From: a virus
Taxonomy: Duplodnaviria; Heunggongvirae; Uroviricota; Caudoviricetes
IMG/VR virus record: IMGVR_UViG_3300029641_000003
DNA length: 64,000 nt
Strand: one strand, 5' to 3'
In this document: positions 56,404-64,000 of the stretch, piece after piece
How the letters are laid out: each line of letters starts with the position of its first letter
Numbering within the stretch: position 1 is the first letter of the stretch
Made by a program: the position numbers and the translations under genes
The notes under the pieces: model-generated
What the model saw: the letters and a program-made list of their open reading frames with translations, nothing else
Database searches by the model: none
Told to the model about the DNA's origin: nothing

Positions 56404-56647
56404 GGATTCCTCCGAAAGCTAGGTTCAGTTAGTTTTTCAGAGGATAGGGAGTGTGTGATTTGTGGGAGTATTGAATAAGGATCTTTGTCGATCGAACAGC
56501 AACTATTGAGGGTGATTTTTACACCTTAAGTGACGCAATTCACATATCCACAGAGTATTTTTATAAACCTTTTTCTCTTTTTAATCCTTTTTAGATCCTT
56601 TTTAGGCATCGCGGAGGCCAGGGGTGGCGGGGCTTGTAGAGGACCAA

Positions 56648-56765
56648 GGTGTAAGATTTGCCCTCAATTAAGCTATTGAGGTGTAAGATTTGCCCTCAGC
56701 CGGTGTAAGATTTGCCCTCAAAAGGTGTAGTAATTGCCCTCAAAGTGATGTAAAAATTGCCCTCA
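56648..56765. repeat. five direct 19-bp iterons upstream of rep
   Basis: GGTGTAAGATTTGCCCTCA x3, GGTGTAGTAATTGCCCTCA, GATGTAAAAATTGCCCTCA, spaced about 22 bp. Confidence 0.9.
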
Positions 56766-56789
56766 CCATTTGAAGGATCACACAGGGTT

Positions 56790-57545
56790 ATGAACAGAGC
56801 GGAATTAACGGCAAAAGCCGTCAGTCTGATTGAATCAGCGACACCAATTAGCCGTAGCTTGGCGCAGGCCAATGAGATCACAGAGGCGGCTTATCACCTG
56901 ACACGCGACCAAAAGCGACTGTTGTTTATTGTGGTGGGAAGACTTCGCTATGCTTCTAAGGATGGCGTTCTTGGTTCAGGTGCCTGTGAGTTGACGGTCA
57001 ACGAATATGCAGAGATGTATAATTTGCCCTCTGCTGAAGCCAGCAAGGATATTCGTAAAGCTATCTCCGGACTTAGTGAGAAGAAAGTCACGATATATAA
57101 CCCTGATGAATCAACCGAATCAGAAGACAGTTATGAGTCTTATCCCTGGATGATTAAGGAGGCTTACTCACCACGCCGGGGGACTTACATTATTCATCTG
57201 AATCCATATCTCATGCCGTTTTTTACTCTGCTTGATAAGAGGTTCACGAGGCTGAATTTTACTGAAGTGTCTCGCCTGACAAACCCTTATTCTATGCGGC
57301 TTTATGAGTCCTTATGCCAGTATAGAAAGGATGATGGGAGCGGCTTCGCTATACTTGGCGTTGAATGGATGCGGGAGCGTTATGGTCTTCCCAAAAGCTA
57401 TCAACGGTACGCCGAATTTAAGAGAAGCTTTCTGGCAAAAGCTGTAGCTGAAATCGAAAAAAACACAAAAATGAAAATAGTTTTCTCAGAGGTTACAGAA
57501 GGTGGCAGAGTTACAAAAATAAAATTCACCTATCAGCAGTCTTAA
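56790..57545 (+). CDS. repA: Rep_3-family replication initiator (RepE/RepFIB-like)
   Basis: 251 aa from ATG 56790; alignable to recalled F RepE (AAYHLTRDQKRLLFIVVG, SYPWMIKEAYSP, NPYSMRLYESLCQYRKDDGSG). Confidence 0.9.
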   Translation: MNRAELTAKAVSLIESATPISRSLAQANEITEAAYHLTRDQKRLLFIVVGRLRYASKDGVLGSGACELTVNEYAEMYNLPSAEASKDIRKAISGLSEKKVTIYNPDESTESEDSYESYPWMIKEAYSPRRGTYIIHLNPYLMPFFTLLDKRFTRLNFTEVSRLTNPYSMRLYESLCQYRKDDGSGFAILGVEWMRERYGLPKSYQRYAEFKRSFLAKAVAEIEKNTKMKIVFSEVTEGGRVTKIKFTYQQS

Positions 57546-57824
57546 GGGCAATTTCTACACCTCTCTGTAGGTGTAGGATTTGCCCTTAAAGATGGGAGAT
57601 TGAGGGCAATTCTTACATCATTAGTTAGTTGGTTGGATCTTTAACGGCTAACATTATTTGTAATTTATTGATTAATAAGGAATGTGTAAAAATCACCCTC
57701 AGATGGCATCGTATGCTATAGCTATTTTTATCGCACTACTGTTGAATGTTTTATGGTTGTAACGCGTTGATTTTGTTGTGATGTGTAAAAAATGCCATCA
57801 TTGACGTAAACAGCAGGTGTAGAT
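57545..57824. repeat. iteron cluster downstream of rep, mixed orientation
   Basis: AGGGCAATTTCTACACC, GTGTAGGATTTGCCCTT, GAGGGCAATTCTTACATC, TGTGTAAAAATCACCCTCA, GGTGTAGATATTGCCCTCA. Confidence 0.8.
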
Positions 57825-57876
57825 ATTGCCCTCAAGTTTGCCCCTTCCCCACCTTCTCGCACTTTAATACTGCATT

Positions 57877-58614
57877 TCAAAACTTGATCACGTTGCTGGC
57901 GGCGCTTTTAAGTGCGCTTGTTGCTAAACCAGCAGCTCCATTGACTAATGCGGACAGGCCGGAACCGGCAGATGTGTATCGCTGGAACGTGATCGGATAG
58001 GACAAGAATTCGGACACCTGATCACGTGAGCGGCTGATCTCTCCTATCTGAGTCGGAAATACACGCATTTCCTCTTCCAGCTCTTTCCCGCCTTCCTGTG
58101 TAACGCGGTATAGCCTGATATTCATGAGATAATCTGGCGGCAGGTTTAGCGTACCATCGCTATTGGTTACACGAGCGCGGCGCTCTTTGAACCAATTCAT
58201 TATTTTGCCGTCTTCTGTGTCTCTGACCGTCATTGTTACCGGCCCGGCGGTTACGTGCGTTGGCTTATTGAACTCGACGCTACCAATGATTTTGCTTTCT
58301 GTTTCAATATTCCCGCTACTGTAAGTGATGTCCTTAACGAACATATCAAAGCCGCTTAATCCGTCTACGTCTACCGTCCACTGCCAGCCCTGGGCATAGC
58401 GGATACGCATAGCCGTAGCAACTACGTTCTTTCCGTAAGCGATGTCATTGCCGTAGCTCCCACTAACGCCACTGCCAGACACCGCTCTATCCAGAATGTC
58501 GCTGATAAGGTTGCTGGTGAACGATTTCGCGCTAAACGATACCGCACTGGATAGCGTTTGCGTTGCAGCACTAAAAATACTCACGTAGCCCTCCGTGTTA
58601 AAAAATGGTGGCAC
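57877..58614 (-). CDS. putative tail structural protein
   Basis: 245-aa ORF heading the structural block after the replicon. Confidence 0.4.
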   Translation of the reverse strand: MPPFFNTEGYVSIFSAATQTLSSAVSFSAKSFTSNLISDILDRAVSGSGVSGSYGNDIAYGKNVVATAMRIRYAQGWQWTVDVDGLSGFDMFVKDITYSSGNIETESKIIGSVEFNKPTHVTAGPVTMTVRDTEDGKIMNWFKERRARVTNSDGTLNLPPDYLMNIRLYRVTQEGGKELEEEMRVFPTQIGEISRSRDQVSEFLSYPITFQRYTSAGSGLSALVNGAAGLATSALKSAASNVIKF

Positions 58615-59149
58615 CAGGGATAATGGCCCGGTTGGCTGCCATTTTTTCTTCTATCTCCTGAACACGCGCGTAGAGCGTCGCCTCATCAGGAAGATCGGAG
58701 TAATCAAACTTGCCATCAATTGACGCCCTTCGCTGGCGGGCAACGTTGCGGACATTGATTAGTGCTTCAAGATATTCCTCAAGCATTCCGATAATCGCAG
58801 GTGGAACTTGCCACTCATCCAGGTTGCGATCGCGGAGATTTACAAGGTATTGCATCTTGAAAGGCCAGCGTTCAGAACCGGTAAGCTCAAGTTCGACAAA
58901 ACCGGCAATCTCGTCGGCGTAAACCAGAAGTCCGTTGTGGTCAGTGACGTGGACCAGAGACAGATAATCATCCGGAACAGGGATCGCCGTACCGTCTGCT
59001 TTCTCCAGCTTTAATGCCTTCACTACTCCCGCTCTGTCCTGGTAAGTAGTCAATGCTTTGATCAGGAATGCTTTCAGTGTCTCCTCTTCCCGTACAAGAA
59101 GAGGATTGAATCGCGCTTTAACGCTTTCTAATAGTTCAGAAGGTGTCAT
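58598..59149 (-). CDS. putative tail protein
   Basis: 183-aa ORF overlapping neighbour. Confidence 0.4.
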   Translation of the reverse strand: MTPSELLESVKARFNPLLVREEETLKAFLIKALTTYQDRAGVVKALKLEKADGTAIPVPDDYLSLVHVTDHNGLLVYADEIAGFVELELTGSERWPFKMQYLVNLRDRNLDEWQVPPAIIGMLEEYLEALINVRNVARQRRASIDGKFDYSDLPDEATLYARVQEIEEKMAANRAIIPGATIF

Positions 59150-59200
59150 AAATACTCCGGACGGAGGGGGATAATCCCGCTCTTTTGAGCGGGATCGGTA

Positions 59201-59692
59201 TTACTCAACCCAGTTGTACACAATACGCAGGGTCGGTCTGACAACCGCCGTTACATCTTCTGATGAGAAATCAACGGCATCGGAATACACTTTGCAGTGT
59301 GAGTAAGTACGTGACAGACCTTTGCTGTCACCGCTGTTAGATTCAGCGGCAGCCTGGAAAGAGATATCCAGATATTTCTTCTGATAAACCATCTCTTTGA
59401 CGGCAGCGAGTACAACACCTTCAATCGTCTCCGCACAGGTAACCTGAAATTCACCTGAGTTACGCAGCGGGCCGTGTTGGTTGAACTTCATACCGCCTGG
59501 AGCGTAATCTTCTACGTCTTCACGCGTCATTTCCGGTAACTGCGCGGTGCGGATCAGCACTGACAGATTTTCGTATCCCTTAATGGTCATCCAATATTCA
59601 GTGCCAATTAATTTTTCGCCTGCTGCCAGGTTCTTGTTGAATCTGGCTTTCAGGAAGGCGAGATCGGCTTTTGTGTTTGAAAAACCGGCCAT
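59201..59692 (-). CDS. putative tail tube protein
   Basis: 163 aa; tube-like size downstream of the sheath-like gene. Confidence 0.4.
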   Translation of the reverse strand: MAGFSNTKADLAFLKARFNKNLAAGEKLIGTEYWMTIKGYENLSVLIRTAQLPEMTREDVEDYAPGGMKFNQHGPLRNSGEFQVTCAETIEGVVLAAVKEMVYQKKYLDISFQAAAESNSGDSKGLSRTYSHCKVYSDAVDFSSEDVTAVVRPTLRIVYNWVE

Positions 59693-59700
59693 AATTACTC

Positions 59701-60318
59701 CTAAACAAAAACAGATGAGATATTGCTGCGGTTAATAGATGTGTTACCACTGCATTGCAGAGTGACCGTGTTGTGGGTGAAATAGCCTTCCGATGTGCGC
59801 GGGGCGTCAAGCTGATAGCTGACGCTTTTGATCACAACGTTCGTTAACATCACGTTCCTGCCGATATTTATCGTTACGGCCTCCGGGACTCGACCAAAAG
59901 GCGTAATGTCGTTTAGTTCTGGCGATGCCATTTTCAGCAACGTCGTGATGGCGTCATTCACTTCCGTTTTGGCGTTGGACATCGCTAAAAAATCCAGTAC
60001 AAGGGTAAATTCCGGCGGTTGTTGCCCTTCCCACACGAGGGTGGAGTTGAACCGGCTTTTACTCGTGTACCCTGATGATGTCTGCACGATGCCTGCAAGA
60101 GATGATGCCGCCTCGCTAATAGCGCCTAACATGCTGCCCATCGCTTTATCTTCAAATGGCGACTGCCACAGAGACGTTAATTCGGCAGAGGAACCTTCGC
60201 CGATATATCCGATGACCATATCCTCGCTTGATATGATGTATGCTTTCATTAGCGGACTGATTCCGTCCGCAACGTTAGCGCCGCAAATCACTGCTATTTC
60301 TCCCAAACAGGCCACCAT
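59701..60318 (-). CDS. hypothetical structural protein
   Basis: 205-aa ORF. Confidence 0.4.
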   Translation of the reverse strand: MVACLGEIAVICGANVADGISPLMKAYIISSEDMVIGYIGEGSSAELTSLWQSPFEDKAMGSMLGAISEAASSLAGIVQTSSGYTSKSRFNSTLVWEGQQPPEFTLVLDFLAMSNAKTEVNDAITTLLKMASPELNDITPFGRVPEAVTINIGRNVMLTNVVIKSVSYQLDAPRTSEGYFTHNTVTLQCSGNTSINRSNISSVFV

Positions 60319-60336
60319 TACAGGTGGCTTACATCA

Positions 60337-61083
60337 TTACAGACCGCGTTTTTTGCGAATGCGGATAGACTTGCGGCGGCGAGTGTTAGCTATCGACGTA
60401 TGCGCCTTAAGGCGAGCTTTTTTCAGCGCCTGCTTTTGTAAGGACGTCATGCGACGCGGGCGCGGGCGTTTGCGGATGATAGTAACCTTGCCATCACGAA
60501 CGACTTTTTTGCTGACAGCCTCGAGCATTGCGGCATTGCCACCAGCAACGGTGTAAATCGCAATGGCTTCTTCCATCATTTCGCTATCGCTTTCTGACAG
60601 TGCGTCAAATACGCGTTCTGCTGCCGCGTCATCTTCGTCATCGATCATCTCGGTGACGTCGTCCTGATCAGCGCCCAGGGCCACAGCCGCGTTAGCCAAC
60701 GCCGCGAGTGCGTCGTTATATGCGTCAACCTGTTCGTCGGTCAGTTCTGTGTCTTCGTCAATGTCGGCCAGGCCAGCCATTGTGATTGCCAGCGCATCAA
60801 ATGAATCCGCTTCAGGGTCGCCATCTTCTACCCAGCTCGCCAGCATTGAAGCTGCCAGACTGCGGATGTCACTTTGTGCACGGGATTCCACCGCTTCCAT
60901 CATTGCGGCTTCGATATCCGCGCCATCGGTTCCATTCTTGGCACTTTCCAGGATGGCGTTATCGCCACTTTCAAAACAACCAGAATCTTTGGCGCTTTCC
61001 AGTATGGCTGTATCTGCGTTATCGGCTGTTTTGCCTGCAAATAGCGCGCGCATGAATGGATCAACAACAGAATAGTTTTTCAT
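60337..61083 (-). CDS. hypothetical protein, acidic N-terminal region and basic C-terminal tail
   Basis: 248 aa; C-terminus RKRPRPRRMTSLQKQALKKARLKAHTSIANTRRRKSIRIRKKRGL. Confidence 0.4.
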   Translation of the reverse strand: MKNYSVVDPFMRALFAGKTADNADTAILESAKDSGCFESGDNAILESAKNGTDGADIEAAMMEAVESRAQSDIRSLAASMLASWVEDGDPEADSFDALAITMAGLADIDEDTELTDEQVDAYNDALAALANAAVALGADQDDVTEMIDDEDDAAAERVFDALSESDSEMMEEAIAIYTVAGGNAAMLEAVSKKVVRDGKVTIIRKRPRPRRMTSLQKQALKKARLKAHTSIANTRRRKSIRIRKKRGL

Positions 61084-61126
61084 TAGGAAACCTCATTCAT
61101 CCCCGCGTTTCAGCGGGGAAGATAAA

Positions 61127-62782
61127 TCAACGCATCAGGATTGGTTTGCCGAGGATTCGACGGGCAGTGCCTGTTGGGCACACGGACCATTCCACTTCCC
61201 ACAAGTCGATGTCTTTTTGAGTTACCTTGACCACATAAGGGTCAGAACCTTGAGATTCATCGCGTGGTGTAACCAGCGCACCAGCCGCATAAAAACGGTC
61301 CAGAAGATCTGTCAGTGCGTTAGTCAGACTTTCCTGCGTAACGCCATCAGGTTCATGCTTGATTGCCTGAGCAACTTCATAGAAATTGCGGGCAATTGCA
61401 TTCATCAGTGATGAAACGTGCTGGAATCGCAGATAGTTATTTTTGCTGTATGTCGTCAGGGAGTCGTCGATGTAGACAGAACCATCCGCTGCAACGCTTA
61501 CAGGGTTAATACGAGCGGTCACATACGCTTCACGATCGATTGTGCCAATTCCGGAGAGTCTGGTGATGTTCTGGCGATCAATGATTGCGCGAGACAGACC
61601 AGCCGGGGCGTAATGCCAGCCGCCTACATCAGACACAAGCGCAACGCCTTTCGCTTTTGCCACGAACGCATCACAACTGATTCCGTAAACCACATTCATA
61701 CCGCTGAAAGTGTCACGGCATGAGTACGGGAAGTGATAACGTGCAGCCTGGTGGGATTTGCCGAAACCATGTGATTTAGCTTCCGCGATAGCGTTATCAC
61801 CAGTCTGAGCACATTTCAGGTCGTAGAACATATCCACGCGAACGTCTTCTGCCAGCGAATTAATTTTTGCCAGCACGGATGCGTCGTAGCAGCCCATAGA
61901 AAGCAGTGCGGTATAATTAACTTCTGACGCTTCGAGAACCTCTAACGCTTTCAGATAATCATCAGCGTCAATTGAGGACAGATCGCCATCTGTACCGCCT
62001 TCAAACGCTACATCTTCGAAAGTCAGCAAGTGAGCGGAGTCTTCGGCACCATCAGCCAGTACAGCTCCAAGCCTGGAGGACTGACTTTCTAACAACGCAG
62101 GAATCCATGCTGGCTGGCCCATATCGTTCGTTGCATCCGGATCGAAAGAAACCTGGTAGCTTTCCAGAGTTTCTACAGAACCATCGGTCTGTGTCTCTTT
62201 CAGTTCCAGAGTGAACAGGTCATTTTCTTCATCCTCACGGATCAGTGATAACGTGCGGTTGGTCGAAGCATCACCGTCCTTAATGTAGAAAATAGCCAGT
62301 TCACTGCCGGAAATTTCAGGTGTTTCGCTTGCAGCGAAAGTTACCGGAGAAGTGGCTCCGGAAATGGCGCGAATGGTCAGTGTATCGCCGATATTTACCG
62401 TTGCTTCGGTCGGAGCAATTTGCAGAGTTTTTGCAGACTTGGTGCTTTTAGACCTGGCCTGAACAGAAACGGCAATGCCCGGTACTTTCATGTCTTTTGC
62501 GCATACGCGAACTACATAACCGGTGCCGCCTTTTACTGCGCGTTCAACGTGGCGATATGGTTCAAATGCGGCCCCGGTGCGCGGGTGAAGAGGTGAACCT
62601 AACACGCTCTGATAGTTGGCTGCTGTAACCTGCAAAACCTTACCTGGCGCCCCTCTGCGGGAAATGACCAGCCCGGCAAAGACGGAAGCACCGCCAGATG
62701 TATTAGTCAGAGTAGCATCGGCATTAACGTCCGCTACCGCAACGCCCGCAGCCTGACCAACAGAAAAACCAATTTTATTCAT
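61127..62782 (-). CDS. putative contractile tail sheath protein
   Basis: 551 aa; size and position (before tube-like gene) typical of myovirus sheath. Confidence 0.5.
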   Translation of the reverse strand: MNKIGFSVGQAAGVAVADVNADATLTNTSGGASVFAGLVISRRGAPGKVLQVTAANYQSVLGSPLHPRTGAAFEPYRHVERAVKGGTGYVVRVCAKDMKVPGIAVSVQARSKSTKSAKTLQIAPTEATVNIGDTLTIRAISGATSPVTFAASETPEISGSELAIFYIKDGDASTNRTLSLIREDEENDLFTLELKETQTDGSVETLESYQVSFDPDATNDMGQPAWIPALLESQSSRLGAVLADGAEDSAHLLTFEDVAFEGGTDGDLSSIDADDYLKALEVLEASEVNYTALLSMGCYDASVLAKINSLAEDVRVDMFYDLKCAQTGDNAIAEAKSHGFGKSHQAARYHFPYSCRDTFSGMNVVYGISCDAFVAKAKGVALVSDVGGWHYAPAGLSRAIIDRQNITRLSGIGTIDREAYVTARINPVSVAADGSVYIDDSLTTYSKNNYLRFQHVSSLMNAIARNFYEVAQAIKHEPDGVTQESLTNALTDLLDRFYAAGALVTPRDESQGSDPYVVKVTQKDIDLWEVEWSVCPTGTARRILGKPILMR

Positions 62783-62847
62783 GCTGCTCTTTTCCTCTTT
62801 ATCGAGCGGATGAGAGAAGCCTCCCCATTTGCATGGGGAGGCTTTTA

Positions 62848-63138
62848 TCAGGCTTCGCCGACCGTGAAGCTGTCACCTACCGTCACTTCTTTGGTTGACG
62901 GATCAACGCTGACAGAGTTGACACTTACTGCGGCTTCATTAACCGTTACAGTGCATGTTGCGGTTTTATTTCCATCTGTAGTTTTGATGGTTAGTACCGC
63001 AGTACCAGCAGATACTGCGGTGCATGTGGTTCCATCAACACTCACAATTTCCGGATGATCGGATTCGACAGTGAAAGTTTTATCTGTCGCATTTGATGGG
63101 GTAATAGTTACTTGGATATCAGCCATTTTTTCCTCCAT
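62848..63138 (-). CDS. Ig-like (Big_2-type) domain protein
   Basis: 96 aa; alternating Thr/Val beta-strand pattern TATCTVTVNEAAVSVNSVSV. Confidence 0.5.
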   Translation of the reverse strand: MEEKMADIQVTITPSNATDKTFTVESDHPEIVSVDGTTCTAVSAGTAVLTIKTTDGNKTATCTVTVNEAAVSVNSVSVDPSTKEVTVGDSFTVGEA

Positions 63139-63267
63139 ATAGCCCCTTATTCAGGGGCTGGTCTTACTTCTTTTTGGGTGTTTTTCGTGTCTTTGAAGTG
63201 CTCGCGGCGATAGTTTCACCTTCGTTTACTTCAATTGCCGTTGGTGAAACTGACACGTTCGCCACTG

Positions 63268-64000
63268 CTACTTTTTTTCGTTGATTTGCCCGCTCAACAT
63301 GTCAATCGCACCTTCTTTCGAACGTGTCAGGCGAAGGCGAGTGAAATAGTTCTCACCGTTGCGCGGATGCACATCGTTGATTGCTTTGCCCCAGAAAGTG
63401 GTGCGGTTCACCAGGGCTGGATTTGTTTCGTGGACATACGGAATAGCAGGCACAGCATCACCTGCGACCAGGCCTGCTTTACCAATGCCTTCGCCACGAC
63501 CATAGAAATAGATGTCGTCCAGGCCGAAGTCGTAGCCATATTTCTGGAATTGTTTGCAGATAGGCTTCGGCACTTCGTAGATACGAATGGAACCAAACAG
63601 GGTGCCGATGTATTGAATGTACGGCGACTGTACATAGCCCGGTGCCAACTGGAAGTGCTGCGGCGGTAAGGAACGCAGGAAGTTAGCAGCATCGCCACCA
63701 GCAAAGCCACCACGGATACCGGTAGTCAGGGTGCGGTCAGCCATCTCCTGTGACAGCGCGTTCACAACATGGCGAATTAAACCAACCCACGACTCGTAGT
63801 TCTGCGCTTCTGGCAGTGCCACATCAAATTCACGACCGTAAACGGTGTGGAATACCAGAGTGCGCAGGCGCATCATATCGATTTCGTGGGAAATCCAGTT
63901 GCGCATTGCAGAGAATTGCAATGCTGCCAGTTCGAGTCCGTGTTCACGGCTCAGGTCAGATGCAGCCATAACCGTATGTTCGGATGCGATCACGTACTCC
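63268..64000 (-). CDS. putative major head protein, 5' end outside window
   Basis: Reading frame open to the window edge; position upstream of Ig-like and sheath genes. Confidence 0.4.
   Translation of the reverse strand, partial: EYVIASEHTVMAASDLSREHGLELAALQFSAMRNWISHEIDMMRLRTLVFHTVYGREFDVALPEAQNYESWVGLIRHVVNALSQEMADRTLTTGIRGGFAGGDAANFLRSLPPQHFQLAPGYVQSPYIQYIGTLFGSIRIYEVPKPICKQFQKYGYDFGLDDIYFYGRGEGIGKAGLVAGDAVPAIPYVHETNPALVNRTTFWGKAINDVHPRNGENYFTRLRLTRSKEGAIDMLSGQINEKK

Noticed and set aside
56648-57824. Possible CRISPR array
   Set aside because: Repeats are 19 bp with 3 to 13-bp gaps and mixed orientation, flanking a Rep_3 initiator gene; these are replication iterons.
1-64000. IS elements, integrons or rRNA genes
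   Set aside because: No transposase-like ORF bounded by terminal inverted repeats, no integron integrase, no rRNA-like conserved stretches were seen.

Overview
This window reads as a ~64-kb piece of a P1-like temperate phage-plasmid, with a mosaic, rearranged gene order relative to P1 as I recall it. Calls rest on reading the six-frame translations and DNA by eye; no searches were run, so family assignments are from recalled motifs and P1 synteny. Secure anchors: phd-doc toxin-antitoxin, hot/lxr/humD with a LexA box, a Cre-like recombinase with an adjacent perfect 13-8-13 lox-type site, pacA/pacB terminase with GATC-hexamer pac repeats inside pacA, lpa, a DarB-like giant methyltransferase-helicase, DarA-like head protein, hicAB, tail fibre S/U, Sit-like tape measure, and a RepE/Rep_3-type iteron replicon. 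There are four minus-strand tRNA genes (Ile2/Met-CAU, Ser-UGA, Thr-UGU, Asn-GUU). A repeated operator-like motif (TTAATTTTCTAACA) sits in front of several operons. The best candidate for something undescribed is a set of three proteins ending in a DUF2829/Tad2-like signature (two as fusions), in minus-strand operons together with a PacB-paralogous ATPase, a dUTPase, a VRR-NUC nuclease, the tRNA cluster and a 1.3-kb ORF-free structured region.
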